Source: Vulcanimicrobiota bacterium
Lineage (GTDB): Bacteria > Vulcanimicrobiota > Vulcanimicrobiia > Vulcanimicrobiales > Vulcanimicrobiaceae
Reading direction: 5' to 3'
Length of the DNA: 64,000 bases
Assembly (NCBI GenBank): GCA_963812155.1
Contig: CAWETW010000001.1
Location: forward strand, 96,001-160,000
Below, piece after piece: positions 19,858 to 30,480 of the stretch. The notes beneath the pieces are model-generated. The model was not told the DNA's origin and made no database searches. It saw only the letters and a list, made by a program, of their open reading frames with translations. Made by a program: the position numbers and the translations under genes. The first letter of the stretch is position 1; every line of letters begins with the position of its first letter.

Positions 19858-20820
19858 CTAAGGCTTGCTGACGAGTGCGTCCCACGGCATGTTGAGGCCG
19901 GTCGTTATCGTATTGACCGCCGTTCCACCGTGCGGATACTTGAAGACCAGAACCTGGTTTGCGAACGCATCGGCGACGATGACGCGCTTGGCCGATGGAA
20001 CGGTAAAACCGTTCGACGACGAACCCGGCATGCTGACGTTCACGATGTGTGAAACCAAGTTCGGCGTCGCTGCCGGTATCTGATAGATGCTCGTTGCGAA
20101 GTCCCCGATATCGATGAAGTTGTTGAACGGGTCGTAGTACATCGGTCCTGCCGAGCCCGGCGTTCCGCCCTGCAGCGCGATCTGCTGGAACGTGCTCTCC
20201 GGGGCGTCGAGCTTGGCGTAGTAGAACGTATCGCTGGCGCTCGAGTACCCGTTGACGTAAAGATTGTTCAGCGAGTCGTACGCGACACCGCTAAGGAGCG
20301 AGGCATTGCGATCGTAATAGATGTGCGGCGTCCCCGTGGCGTGATGATACACGGCAACGTAGCCGATATGTTCGCTGGAATTTTCGATGTTGCCCACGAC
20401 GGCGAGATCCTTCGTTTGCTTGTCGTACGCGCATTGATACGGCAGCGTCAGGCCCGTGAGCGTGTAGTTTGGTGACGTCGCGGCGTGGTTGTAGTTTGCG
20501 ACCTGCCCCGTGGCGTAGTCGACGACGAAGACGCTGTTGTTCTTGCCGAGGCACATGAAGAGCGGCTCGGTGAAGCCAGTGATTTGACCGACGTAGGCGA
20601 GGGATGGGTAGAGGTACGTCTTGACGGTGCCGGATCCGGAATCCGTGACGTAGAGTAACGGCTGCGAAGCGACGTCCGGCTTCATACTCGCCGCGCTCTG
20701 TTGGAATTGGGGCGCGGCCGGCAGTGCAGCCTGCCCACCCGACGTATTCGAAATGCCGCTTCCGCAGCCGGAAAGGACGAACGCCGACAGAACCGCCGAC
20801 GCATAAAGGGCGTGACGCAT
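19858..20820 (-). CDS. Hypothetical lipoprotein, beta-propeller-like
   Basis: Lipobox VLSGC; LLYVTDSG, VFVVDY, LYVNG blade repeats; AGGAG RBS. Confidence 0.75.
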   Translation of the reverse strand: MRHALYASAVLSAFVLSGCGSGISNTSGGQAALPAAPQFQQSAASMKPDVASQPLLYVTDSGSGTVKTYLYPSLAYVGQITGFTEPLFMCLGKNNSVFVVDYATGQVANYNHAATSPNYTLTGLTLPYQCAYDKQTKDLAVVGNIENSSEHIGYVAVYHHATGTPHIYYDRNASLLSGVAYDSLNNLYVNGYSSASDTFYYAKLDAPESTFQQIALQGGTPGSAGPMYYDPFNNFIDIGDFATSIYQIPAATPNLVSHIVNVSMPGSSSNGFTVPSAKRVIVADAFANQVLVFKYPHGGTAVNTITTGLNMPWDALVSKP

Positions 20821-20917
20821 ACGAAGACTCCTCTAGAAAAGGCCAGCAAAGGGCCGCATCAAGCGGCCGCCGGCTAAGATACCTCGGGGACGGAGGGCCT
20901 CCCTCTCTGGGGGGCGG

Positions 20918-22081
20918 CTAAGCCGGCGCTTGGATCCAGGAGCGGAAGTACTGCGGGTCTTCGCACGTCAGCGCGGATTCCGCCAGCATCAACGGCCGGA
21001 ACGTGTCGACCATGATCGCAATTTCGTCCGTCGAGGTCTTCCCAAGGCTCGCCTCCACGGCGCCGGGTTGCGGGCCATGCGGCGCACCGGCCGCGTGCAG
21101 CGTGATCGATCCCTCCTCGACGCCGCGCCGGCTCATGAAGTTTCCGCTCACGTAGTACAGCACTTCGTCGCAGTCGACGCTGGAGTGATTGTACGGCACC
21201 GGAATTGCCAACGGATGATAGTCGAACATCCGCGGCACGAACGCGCAGAAGGCCGCACCCGGCGCTTCGAACGTCGCGTGGGCGGGCGGGGGCTGGTGCA
21301 GTTTTCCGGTGATCGGCGCGAACTCGTCGAGATTGAACGCGTATGGATAGCAGTAGCCGTCCCATCCCACGACGTCGCACGGATGGTTTTGCACGACGTA
21401 GATCGCGTTACGGTCGCCGTTGGTAACGCGCACTTCGTACTCGCCCTGTTCGCTCGCGGGCGCTTTCAAGACGGGCGCGCGAAAGTCTCGCTCGTAGTAG
21501 GGCGCCTGTTCCTCCAGCTGCCCGAAGTCGTTGCGGTACCGGCGCGGAATTTTTACGCTCCCGGCGCATTCGTGGACGAGCATCCGTGTGGGCGCCGACG
21601 GAATCACGCGATAGGTCGTGCCGGTTGGAACGATCACGTAGTCGTTTTCGCGATATGCCAGTTCGCCGAACTGCGTCTCGAGGACGCCGCTGCCGTGATG
21701 AATGAAGAGCAGCTCGTCGCCGCCGGTGTTCCGGTAAAAATACTCCATCGGGCGATCGGCTTGCGCGACGCTCACCGTGATGTCGCCGTTGCCGAGCAGC
21801 GGCCGGCGCGATTCGATCGCGTCGCCGCCGTTCCCGTCGAGCAACGCCGTTTTGAAATGGCGGTTGCGCAGCGGCTCGTTCGACGTCCACTGCGTCGCCG
21901 GACGATCCCACGCGCGAACGTCGAGCGTCGCGGTGGGTGGGCGCAGGTGATAGAGCAGCGAGTAGACGCTCTCGAAACCTTTGGTCGAGAGCAGTTCCTC
22001 GGCGTACAGGCCGCCGTCGGGACGCCGAAATTGAATGTGTCGCTTGTGCGGGATCGAGCCCTCGCGTACGTAGGACGGCAT
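20918..22081 (-). CDS. hmgA: Homogentisate 1,2-dioxygenase
   Basis: YSLLYH, RNTGGDEL, DVVGWDG, HQPPPAHATF, PYNHSSVDCDEVLYY, HGPQP, MVDTFRPL. Confidence 0.93.
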   Translation of the reverse strand: MPSYVREGSIPHKRHIQFRRPDGGLYAEELLSTKGFESVYSLLYHLRPPTATLDVRAWDRPATQWTSNEPLRNRHFKTALLDGNGGDAIESRRPLLGNGDITVSVAQADRPMEYFYRNTGGDELLFIHHGSGVLETQFGELAYRENDYVIVPTGTTYRVIPSAPTRMLVHECAGSVKIPRRYRNDFGQLEEQAPYYERDFRAPVLKAPASEQGEYEVRVTNGDRNAIYVVQNHPCDVVGWDGYCYPYAFNLDEFAPITGKLHQPPPAHATFEAPGAAFCAFVPRMFDYHPLAIPVPYNHSSVDCDEVLYYVSGNFMSRRGVEEGSITLHAAGAPHGPQPGAVEASLGKTSTDEIAIMVDTFRPLMLAESALTCEDPQYFRSWIQAPA

Positions 22082-22305
22082 TACGAAACCTCGATCGGCG
22101 GGTCGGTCGCGCGAGCGGTTGCGCTGAAGCCGTTGGTCTTGTGCGATCCGTCGCAGAACGGTTTAGTCTCCGAGCCGCCGCAGCGGCACAGCGCGACGTT
22201 CTCGCCCTCGAGCGTATACTGATTACCGTCGGCGTCGGTGATCGTGACCGGGCCTCGAACTAAATACGGCCCGCTGTCGCGAACCTTGATCGTTACGTCG
22301 TCCAT
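22081..22305 (-). CDS. CDGSH iron-sulfur domain protein
   Basis: ALCRCGGSETKPFCDGSH; stop overlaps hmgA start (TAATG). Confidence 0.93.
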   Translation of the reverse strand: MDDVTIKVRDSGPYLVRGPVTITDADGNQYTLEGENVALCRCGGSETKPFCDGSHKTNGFSATARATDPPIEVS

Positions 22306-22349
22306 GGTTCTACAGGCATTCGACGCACCGGCGGCGCACTCCGGTCGTC

Positions 22350-23348
22350 ATGAAGTGGACGCTCGTGGCTTTAGGGATGCTCGCGGCCGTTGCTTTTCTG
22401 GCGCCCGCCGCGCACTGGGGTTCGTCGCCGGTTGCGGCAGCGACCGCGACGCCGGCGGCGCTGCAATACGACGAGATTTCGCGCCCGCTGGTGCCGCCGA
22501 ATACGCCGCCGCCGCCCGGGAATTTTGCCGCCGATTACCAGGCGGCCGCGACGGCCCAAACCCCGAAACCGCATGGATTCAATCCGTTCACCGCGATGCA
22601 CGACGCACAAGAGATGATGAAGGCGGTGAGTGCCGGCCGCGTGACGCGTTACGCATTCTACAACGGATGGATTCGGCGCGATGACGTGAACGCGCAGACC
22701 GCGACGATCGAGAAGTGCGATCGTCACCAGTACATTACGCTCGATCTCGCTAAGAGAACCTACAGCATCTCGACGCAGACCCCGCCTTGTCCGACGCCGG
22801 CGCAGTATCCCGGCGCACCGCCGACCCAAGGTGGAGGCGGAGCCGGCACGGTCGACATCACGATGAAGCTGACCACGAACAGCTTAGGGCCGATGACGAT
22901 CGAGGGCCTCGATACGACCGGCCTCGACCGTGCAATCGAACTGAAGATGTCGAACGCAACCGGATCGTGCCGCAGCGGCATGAACGGCATGGACGTCGTC
23001 ATGAACTCGCGCTCGTACGTTTCGCAGGTTGCGGTGCCGCGCAGATTCTGCCCGCTGCCGCAAAGCACGTCGCTGACCGATATGTTTACCCGCTACGGGA
23101 TGGGGAACGGGTGCAAACCAAGTTTCCATTCCGAACAAGGGGGCGACGCCGCTGCGCCTCTGATGGGATTGGATTCGGGCGGAAAGACGCTCGTTTTGTA
23201 CTCGAGTTCGACGCTCGGCGTGCCGAACGCGCCCAAACAGGCCGGCGGGTTTGGGATGCTGCTCGAACGCGGAAACGTCAAGTGGCTTACCGGCGCGCAG
23301 GCGCAGGCGCTGTTCGAAATACCGGCCGGATTTACGCAGGAGGGGTAA
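22350..23348 (+). CDS. Hypothetical secreted protein
   Basis: Signal peptide MKWTLVALGMLAAVAFLA; C-terminal LFEIPAGF motif. Confidence 0.7.
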   Translation: MKWTLVALGMLAAVAFLAPAAHWGSSPVAAATATPAALQYDEISRPLVPPNTPPPPGNFAADYQAAATAQTPKPHGFNPFTAMHDAQEMMKAVSAGRVTRYAFYNGWIRRDDVNAQTATIEKCDRHQYITLDLAKRTYSISTQTPPCPTPAQYPGAPPTQGGGGAGTVDITMKLTTNSLGPMTIEGLDTTGLDRAIELKMSNATGSCRSGMNGMDVVMNSRSYVSQVAVPRRFCPLPQSTSLTDMFTRYGMGNGCKPSFHSEQGGDAAAPLMGLDSGGKTLVLYSSSTLGVPNAPKQAGGFGMLLERGNVKWLTGAQAQALFEIPAGFTQEG

Positions 23349-23453
23349 TCGCTGAGTTGCCTCCGACTTTTCCCTGAGGTGGCCGCCTCCGAAGGGTGCG
23401 ACTTCCCGGGGCTGAGGGGCGGCCGCCCTGTGCTATCATGGCAGGGCCATGAT

Positions 23454-23555
23454 GGGGGTTGGGCTTCACGCGGCGTAACCTCGTGAACCCCGCCAGGTTC
23501 GGAAGAAAGCAACGGTAAGCGAGCCCTTACGGGTGCCGTGATCCACCTGACTCTC
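23454..23555 (+). ncRNA. ffs: Signal recognition particle RNA (4.5S)
   Basis: Domain IV core CCAGGTTCGGAAGAAAGCAACGG; terminal helix GGGGGTTGGG/CCTGACTCTC; extended -10 TGCTATCAT at 23431. Confidence 0.88.
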
Positions 23556-23585
23556 GTCGTGGTATCTACTTTCCGAAAGCATTCG

Positions 23586-24083
23586 ATGTCGAATACTGCG
23601 ATTTATGCGTCTGCGGGTGCCCTTGCCGGTGCGCTCATTGCGTTGCTGCTGTACCACCTCGCCGTCGTGCGGCCGATGTTGTCGTCGCTCCATCGGCGGG
23701 TGGCCACTCACGACGAACTCATTGCCGGCGGCGACGGCAGCGCGGCCGACCGGCTGGGGGAACTCACCGCCGGACGGGCCGAGGACCGGGCGGCGATCGG
23801 ACGCTTGGGAAGCCGCTTGAGCGAGCTGGAAGCCTTGGCGACGGGGGACGTTTCGCAGATCGGTTTCGTTAGATACAACGCGCTGGACGACACCGGCTCA
23901 GACCTGTCGTACGCTCTCGCCCTGCTCAATCGACGCGGGGACGGGGTCGTGCTCTCCAGCATTTACTCGCGGACCGACACTCGCACGTACGGCAAGGCCG
24001 TCGCCGGGTACAGGCCCGCCGCCAACGCTTCCGAGGAAGAAATGCACGCCATCGAACGCGCCCGCGCGTCTACGGATTCATGA
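23586..24083 (+). CDS. DUF4446-like membrane-anchored protein
   Basis: N-terminal TM; IGFVRYNALDDTGSDLSYALALLN...GVVLSSIYSRTDTRTYGK. Confidence 0.75.
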   Translation: MSNTAIYASAGALAGALIALLLYHLAVVRPMLSSLHRRVATHDELIAGGDGSAADRLGELTAGRAEDRAAIGRLGSRLSELEALATGDVSQIGFVRYNALDDTGSDLSYALALLNRRGDGVVLSSIYSRTDTRTYGKAVAGYRPAANASEEEMHAIERARASTDS

Positions 24084-24991
24084 TTCGCGACCGCTACTAC
24101 GTCAAAATCGTTCCGCAGCAGGGCGATCGCATCCATCGCTTTCGCGTGCGCAAGCGCTATCTCGCCGCCGTCATAGGGACGGTCGCCGTGGCCGTGCTGG
24201 GATCGATGCTCTTTGCCGGCGCGCAGGTCGTGCACGCCCGCGCGCAGGTCAATGCCCTTCGCACGCAGGCCGCAAGCCAGCGCAACACGCTCGTCACGAT
24301 AGACGCAAAAACCGAAGCGCTCCGCCGCCAGTTACAGCGCGTACAGAAACAGAACCAAGAAATTCGACAGCTGATCGGCGCGCCCGCGCACCCGTTGGTG
24401 CAGAAGACGTCCTGGCGGCGCACCGGGCCGCCCCTGGCCGTCGTTCAGGAACACTTACGCGTGCTCAGTTCGGTGTCGTCGGCGACGCTGCGCGATGCCA
24501 ACGGCGTAAAAACGCTCGCGATGCGCGTGCTCAACATCCGGCACGTGCGCGACCTCGCGCGGGCTGCCGAAATTGCAGCGATTCCGTCGATCGATCCGGT
24601 CGACGGCGCGGCCGTCGTCGGCTGCTTCTGCTATCGCAGCGCGCCCGACGCTGAGTTTCACGAAGGCGTCGACCTCGGCGCCGATTACGGCGAAACGGTG
24701 CGGGCCGCCGCGGCGGGCACGGTCGTCGCGGACGGCTACGACGGCGGGTACGGCATCAAGGTCGACATCGACCATGGCAACGGTTACCACACGTGGTACG
24801 CGCACCTCTCGCGCGCTGCCGTCAGCGTCGGCGAGCACGTCTACAAAGGTCAGGTCATCGCGGCAGTCGGCGCCACTGGTTTTGCGACCGGACCGCACCT
24901 GCATTACCAAGTCATGTTTCAGGGCCGGGCGGTCGACCCGGCACCGTTTTTGCACGGCATACCGGCGAACGCCCTCGCCGCGCTTCCCTGA
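24080..24991 (+). CDS. M23 family metallopeptidase
   Basis: HEGVD, YAHLS, TGPHLHY; TM plus coiled coil. Confidence 0.92.
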   Translation: MIRDRYYVKIVPQQGDRIHRFRVRKRYLAAVIGTVAVAVLGSMLFAGAQVVHARAQVNALRTQAASQRNTLVTIDAKTEALRRQLQRVQKQNQEIRQLIGAPAHPLVQKTSWRRTGPPLAVVQEHLRVLSSVSSATLRDANGVKTLAMRVLNIRHVRDLARAAEIAAIPSIDPVDGAAVVGCFCYRSAPDAEFHEGVDLGADYGETVRAAAAGTVVADGYDGGYGIKVDIDHGNGYHTWYAHLSRAAVSVGEHVYKGQVIAAVGATGFATGPHLHYQVMFQGRAVDPAPFLHGIPANALAALP

Positions 24992-25012
24992 CGCGTACGG
25001 GAACCACGCGCC

Positions 25013-25300
25013 ATGAACGGCATCCTCTGCAACCTCACGCAGCTGCTCAACGTTCTTTTGACCGTTTATACCCTCGTGCTGTTCGTGTATGCGATCGCGT
25101 CCTGGTTTCCGGGCGCACGCGGCCGATGGCTCGACTACCTCGCGGCGATCGTCGAACCGGTTCTGTGGCCCGTGCGGCGCGTGATTCCTCCGATCGGCGG
25201 CTTCGACATCGCCTTCCTCGTCGTGATTTTGGTCCTGCAGCTCGTCGTGCGGCCGTTCGTCCAAGGTGCGGTCGTCAATACGTGCTACCGCATCTTCTGA
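25013..25300 (+). CDS. YggT family membrane protein
   Basis: [20 protein letters not shown]. Confidence 0.9.
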   Translation: MNGILCNLTQLLNVLLTVYTLVLFVYAIASWFPGARGRWLDYLAAIVEPVLWPVRRVIPPIGGFDIAFLVVILVLQLVVRPFVQGAVVNTCYRIF

Positions 25301-25319
25301 TGCGGGCCGGCGCGCTGCG

Positions 25320-27143
25320 ATGAAACTCGAGCATCCGCACCGGCTGGAGGTGGCCGAGAACGTCCGCAACTTCTGCATCATCGCGCATATCGACCACGGC
25401 AAGACGACGCTTTCGGATCGCCTTATCGAGAACACGCACACCATCGCGCAGCGAAACCTGAGCGAGCAACAGCTCGACGCGATGGACCTCGAACGGGAGC
25501 GCGGCATCACGATTCGCATGCACCCGGTGACGCTCAACTACACCGCGCGCAGCGGTAACGCATACCGGCTCAATCTCATCGACACCCCGGGACACGTCGA
25601 TTTCTCGTACGAAGTGTCGCGGTCGCTGGCGGCCTGCGAGGGCGCGCTGCTGATCATCGACGCGGCGCAGGGCATCGAGGCGCAGACGCTGGCAAACTAC
25701 CACCTTGCGCTGGAACATAATCTCACGATCGTTCCGGTCATCAACAAGATCGATCTTCCGGCAGCCGATCCGGAACGCGTGATGGGCGAGGTCGAGGAAC
25801 TGCTCGTCATGGAGCGCTCCGAGTGCATCCTGGCCAGCGCTAAAAACGGCATCGGCATCGACGAGATCCTCGAGGCTATCGTGTCGCGTATCCCGGCGCC
25901 GCGCGGACATCGCGATCACCTGCGCGCGCTGGTCTTCAACGCGCAGTTCGATCCGTATCGCGGCGTCGTCAGCTACGTGCGCGTCGCCGACGGCGAACTC
26001 AAGGCCGGCACGCGATTCATGTCGATGGCCCACCAGCGCGTCTTCGAATGCACCGAGGTCGGGATTTTCGCGCCCGAGATGCGGCCGGCCGACAAACTCG
26101 AAATCGGCGGGGTCGGCTACGTCATCGGCAACATCAAGTCGCTCGGCGAGATCGACGTCGGCGACACGATCACCGGACAGACCAATCCGGCACACGTCGC
26201 GCTCGTCGGCTATCGCAAGGCCGTCCCGATGGTCTATTGCGGGCTTTACCCGAACGAAGGGGCCGAGTATGACGAGCTTCGCGACGCGCTCGAGAAGCTC
26301 AAGCTCAACGACGCGGCGCTCGTGTACGAGCCCGAGAGTTCGGTCGCGCTCGGCTTCGGATTCCGGTGCGGCTTTCTCGGCCTGCTGCACATGGAGATCG
26401 TGCAAGAGCGCCTCGAACGCGACTACGGACTCGATCTCATCGCGACGTCGCCGTCGGTGGTGTTTCGCGTCGTCAAAACCGACGGGAAGGTGGAGACGAT
26501 CGACAATCCGTCGCGCCTGCCGGCGCCTTCGTACGTTCGGAGCATCGAAGAACCGTACGTCAAGGCGACGATCATCGCGCCGCCCGACTACGTCGGCGCG
26601 ATCATGGAGATCACGCAAAGCCGCCGCGGCACCCTGGCGAACATGGAGTACATGCACGACGGGCGCGTCATCATGACCTACGAGATGCCGCTCATCGAAA
26701 TCATCGTCGATTTCTTCGACATTCTGAAATCGCGCACGAAGGGATATGCGTCGCTCGACTACGACGTCATCGGTTACCGTGAAGGCGAACTCGTGAAGCT
26801 CGAGATTCTGCTCAACGGCGAACCGGTCGACGCGCTCTCGTTCATCGTGTCGCGCGATAAGGCGGCGCAGCGCGGACGAACGCTCACCGAGCGCCTGAAG
26901 GAGCTGATTCCGCGGCAGATGTTCGACGTGCCGATTCAAGCAGCGATCGGCGGAAAGATCGTCGCGCGCGAGACCGTGAGCGCGATTCGCAAGAACGTGC
27001 TCGCCAAGTGCTACGGCGGCGACATCACGCGCAAGCGCAAACTGCTGGAGAAGCAGAAGGTCGGAAAAGAGCGCATGAAGCGCGTCGGCAGGGTCGAGCT
27101 GCCGCAGGAAGCCTTCATGGCGGTGCTCCGGCTCCAAGAGTAG
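25320..27143 (+). CDS. lepA: Elongation factor 4
   Basis: [52 protein letters not shown]. Confidence 0.97.
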   Translation: MKLEHPHRLEVAENVRNFCIIAHIDHGKTTLSDRLIENTHTIAQRNLSEQQLDAMDLERERGITIRMHPVTLNYTARSGNAYRLNLIDTPGHVDFSYEVSRSLAACEGALLIIDAAQGIEAQTLANYHLALEHNLTIVPVINKIDLPAADPERVMGEVEELLVMERSECILASAKNGIGIDEILEAIVSRIPAPRGHRDHLRALVFNAQFDPYRGVVSYVRVADGELKAGTRFMSMAHQRVFECTEVGIFAPEMRPADKLEIGGVGYVIGNIKSLGEIDVGDTITGQTNPAHVALVGYRKAVPMVYCGLYPNEGAEYDELRDALEKLKLNDAALVYEPESSVALGFGFRCGFLGLLHMEIVQERLERDYGLDLIATSPSVVFRVVKTDGKVETIDNPSRLPAPSYVRSIEEPYVKATIIAPPDYVGAIMEITQSRRGTLANMEYMHDGRVIMTYEMPLIEIIVDFFDILKSRTKGYASLDYDVIGYREGELVKLEILLNGEPVDALSFIVSRDKAAQRGRTLTERLKELIPRQMFDVPIQAAIGGKIVARETVSAIRKNVLAKCYGGDITRKRKLLEKQKVGKERMKRVGRVELPQEAFMAVLRLQE

Positions 27144-27155
27144 CCGGTCGGCGCC

Positions 27156-27755
27156 GTGAAGACCTACGTTGCAACGAAGAATGCCGGCAAACTCGCGGAG
27201 TTGCACGCGATCTTCGCCGGATCGCCGCTCGAGCTGCATACCTACGACGCGTACCCAGATGTCGCGGAGGCCGCGGATTCGTATGGGGGAAACGCGTTGC
27301 TGAAAGCGCGTGCGCTGGCGGCACAGTTACGCGACGCAGGCATTGCGGCGCCGGTGCTCGCCGACGACAGCGGTCTAGAGGTCGACGCGCTCGGCGGCCG
27401 CCCGGGCATCTACTCGGCTCGCTACGCCGGAGCCGATGCGTCGTGGAAGCAACGGCGCGCGCTGCTGCTCGAGGAACTGCACGGCGTGCCGCGCACCGAA
27501 CGTGGCGCGCGATTCGTCTGCACGATCGCATTCATCGACCGGAGCGGAAGTGAAACGGCCGCCGGCGGCACCGTAAACGGATGCATGACGGAAGAAGAGC
27601 GCGGAGGCGGCGGCTTCGGCTACGATCCGCTCTTTTACTATCCGCCGCTCGGGTGCACGTTTGCCGAACTCGATCCCGCCGTGAAGAATGGCGTGAGCCA
27701 CCGCGGCGCCGCTGCGCGGTCGCTGCTGAAGGCATTACAGTCCTTGCTATTCTAG
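27156..27755 (+). CDS. rdgB: Non-canonical purine NTP pyrophosphatase (RdgB/HAM1)
   Basis: ATKNAGK, ADDSGL, PGIYSARY, GFGYDPLF, SHRG. Confidence 0.93.
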   Translation: MKTYVATKNAGKLAELHAIFAGSPLELHTYDAYPDVAEAADSYGGNALLKARALAAQLRDAGIAAPVLADDSGLEVDALGGRPGIYSARYAGADASWKQRRALLLEELHGVPRTERGARFVCTIAFIDRSGSETAAGGTVNGCMTEEERGGGGFGYDPLFYYPPLGCTFAELDPAVKNGVSHRGAAARSLLKALQSLLF

Positions 27756-27768
27756 TATCGGCGAAGCA

Positions 27769-27846
27769 CGGGGCGTAGCTCAGTTTGGTAGAGCGCCCGC
27801 TTTGGGAGCGGGAGGTCCGCAGGTTCAAATCCTGTCGCCCCGACCA
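27769..27846 (+). tRNA. tRNA-Pro(TGG)
   Basis: CCCGC-TTTGGGA-GCGGG anticodon arm, GTTCAAATC, CCA end. Confidence 0.93.
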
Positions 27847-27862
27847 TGTCCTCCGTCCGCGT

Positions 27863-27936
<74 letters not shown>

Positions 27937-27957
27937 TGGTACAATCCACCCCATTGT

Positions 27958-28035
27958 GGTGACTGTAGCTCAGTTGGTTAGAGCGTCGGTCTGTGGCACC
28001 GAAGGCCGCGGGTTCGAGCCCCGTCAGTCACCCCA
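27958..28035 (+). tRNA. tRNA-His(GTG)
   Basis: TCGGT-CTGTGGC-ACCGA, G-1 and CCA present. Confidence 0.94.
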
Positions 28036-28092
28036 CGCAGCGCAGGACGTGGGTTCCGCGTGTGCGTATGCTGCAAAGCCGAAACGGCATAA

Positions 28093-28165
28093 GCGCCTTT
28101 AGCTCAGTCGGTAGAGCAGCGGCCTTTTAAGCCGTTGGTCCCGGGTTCGAGTCCCGGAGGGCGCA
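28093..28165 (+). tRNA. tRNA-Lys(TTT)
   Basis: GCGGC-CTTTTAA-GCCGT, GTTCGAGTC. Confidence 0.93.
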
Positions 28166-28207
28166 GTTTTTTTGGTCCCCGAGCGATCGAAGATCGCTTG
28201 GGGCTAA

Positions 28208-28279
28208 GCACCGCTAGCTCAATGGTAGAGCAGGTGACTCTTAATCACTTGGTTGGGGGTTCAAGTCCCTCGCGGTGCA
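28208..28279 (+). tRNA. tRNA-Lys(CTT)
   Basis: GGTGA-CTCTTAA-TCACT, GTTCAAGTC. Confidence 0.93.
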
Positions 28280-28285
28280 AGTCTT

Positions 28286-28334
28286 AGAAAACCCTTGTAG
28301 AAGTTGCACTCTGCGAGGGTTTCTCTCATTTTCT
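28286..28334 (+). terminator. Hairpin, probable terminator of the tRNA operon
   Basis: AGAAAACCCTTGTAGA / TCTGCGAGGGTTTCT stem followed by CTCATTTTCTT. Confidence 0.55.
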
Positions 28335-28464
28335 TGCCTCTGGACTGTGCGCCGCCATGTGCCGCCGGTCCATCGCCTCGGCCGCGCCGGCCCACAGCCG
28401 CGGGACCCCGACTAGATGCCGGGGCCCCTGCAGACGTGCCGCTGATTAAGACGGCGTTCGACGC

Positions 28465-28926
28465 TTACGACGCCTCGGTTCCCTCGATCGCCGCTGCGAT
28501 CGCGCTTGCGGTTGCCTCCGGATGCTGGATCATGCTTGGATGCGATCCGTTTACATGCGTTATTTGCGCCCTCGCACGTTCAGCCATCATAAGCTGATCA
28601 GGCGGCGGAATCACGAGATCGCCATCACCGACGACGTCGATGTAAACGAGAGCCTTAACGTTAGTATTGCTTGGCGAAGCGACGCTGATAATCGCCCCTC
28701 CGTAAGAGTGCCCCACCAGGATAACCCGACCCGGGATTGACCTGAGAAACGCCGAGATCGTTGCGGCATCAGATGCTAGTCCAGGCAATGGATTCGACGG
28801 GGCATAAACCGTGTATTCGTCGGCTTGTAATTGCTTGATGACGCCATTCCAGCGAGACGCATCGGCCCACGCGCCATGCACCAAGACAATTGCCGGTTTC
28901 GCGCCATCGCGCGTTTGCTCGGACAT
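28465..28926 (-). pseudogene. Alpha/beta hydrolase with internal deletion
   Basis: VLVHGAW and GHSYGG motifs, but only 153 aa; jumps from LVYID directly to the C-terminal GDGDLVIPP...SHPSM. Confidence 0.7.
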
Positions 28927-29106
28927 CGTTGCCTGCCCTCAAGGCATTGCGCTGAGCGTATTCTTAATTTGCGCGTCGCTTACCAAGCCCAGTAAGTTGA
29001 GACTCCGCACTTAAGTTGTGTCGGAACTCATTTCAGAGGACGCATAATGTTCTCTTGACCCGCATTCCCCGGATGGTGCTCGAAAATTAATGGCAGATCA
29101 ATCGCG

Positions 29107-29586
29107 TCACCCGTGTTTATCGGGCGCATGTTTTGGCTGCACTGACCAAGCCGCTGGCTCGTCGTCTTTGTCGGCTTCGGCCGCCGCCGCCGTCGCCTGC
29201 ACCTTGCCGGGCGTGTGGTGGGCGGGCGCGTAGATCGCATAGATCTGCATTGGCGTCGCCCCGATATTGGTGATGTTGTGCCAAGTCCCGGCCGGAACGA
29301 GGACGCACCAACCGTCTGAAACTTCCTTTTCAAAAGTCAGCTTGTCCTTCGCGGCTCCCATCTGCACTCGGCCGCTGCCAGCGTCGAGGCGCAGGAACTG
29401 ATCGGTCTCCGGATGCGCTTCAAGACCAATGTCGCAGCCGGCGGGGATCGACATCAGCGTCACTTGCAGATAGCGCCCGCTCCAGGCGACTGAACGGTAA
29501 TTTGTATTTTCCTTCGTCGCGCGTTCAATGTCGAACGATTGCGGCTGTGGCCCAATGTCTTTGATCCTGTCAGCAGCGCTGCCCAT
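29107..29586 (-). CDS. Cupin domain protein
   Basis: LQVTLMSI, IGLEAHPETDQFLR, VPAGTWHNI, IYAPAHH; AGAGGAG RBS. Confidence 0.9.
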   Translation of the reverse strand: MGSAADRIKDIGPQPQSFDIERATKENTNYRSVAWSGRYLQVTLMSIPAGCDIGLEAHPETDQFLRLDAGSGRVQMGAAKDKLTFEKEVSDGWCVLVPAGTWHNITNIGATPMQIYAIYAPAHHTPGKVQATAAAAEADKDDEPAAWSVQPKHAPDKHG

Positions 29587-29603
29587 GACTGATCTCCTCT
29601 AAG

Positions 29604-30480
29604 CCGGGATTCTCCATATGGCGGTCCTATTCGAGATGGCGGCCCAATTCGAGTCGCCGCCGGAGGATTCCGGCGGTTTTGGGGCACTTTGGCAGCCGTC
29701 TTGGTCGCCTCGGCACGAAATCCGCCAGCGTTTTGGGCTCCGCCCGCTAAACAAGCCGATGGAACGCGCATAAGGGCGCAGCTCTCCCGTCGTTGTCGCG
29801 CGCACACGACCGCTGGAACGTTCACGTTGCCCTCGCCATTGGCGGCGCTTGCAAAGCAGCGATTCTCTCCATGATCGCAGCGAACAGTTTGCGCGGGATC
29901 GCGACCTCGGCCACCTGAAACGCGACGTACCGGCCGTGGCTGACCACCTTGGCGCCGATCTTGATCAGCTTCTCGCGAAGCGTTGTCAGCGACCACTCGG
30001 CAATCGCCTCTGGAATCGCCAGGGTCCGAAGGAAGTTGCCAAGATTATTGGCTAGCGCGTGAAGCTGGTGACGAACCGCGTTCGCATCGAACGACCGGCA
30101 TGAAAGCCGCGTCCCCTTTAGTGCCACCTTCCACTCGATGCTTTCGCCAGATTCTCGATAACGCGCAACGACCGGCTTGAGCACCGCTTCCCAGCCGTCG
30201 GCGCTATGCAAGTTGCCAGGGCGAAGGCGCATCGCTTCAGATCACCATTCTGATTGAAGACGAAGAGCGGATGGTAACAGGTGCAGCCAAAATGCCCATT
30301 CCAAAGGCTACGCTCGATCGCCGTGCGCGCATCGGCGAGAAGATCACCGGCCGACGTTGTCAATCCAAGTGCATCGTCGAGTTCGCGATATGCGAGCAAC
30401 CCTGCATCCGAGGTGACGACGGAGCCGCGGAACTGCATCATGACGCGGCGGTCGAAATCGAGTCGAAGAATGCCCCCGCC
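29604..30480 (-). pseudogene. IS1380-family transposase remnant (fragmented) with a probable surviving IS end
   Basis: Fragments [78 protein letters not shown]; terminal CATATGGAGAATCCCGG (minus strand, 29604-29620). Confidence 0.8.

Noticed and set aside
25275..27239. Long antisense ORFs (e.g. 654 aa opposite lepA; also opposite nrdJ, clpX, hmgA, valS)
   Set aside because: Shadow ORFs expected from high-GC codon bias; no recognisable motifs or RBS
28036..28207. Hairpins in tRNA spacers as extra ncRNAs
   Set aside because: Short simple stems typical of tRNA-operon spacers, with no further structure
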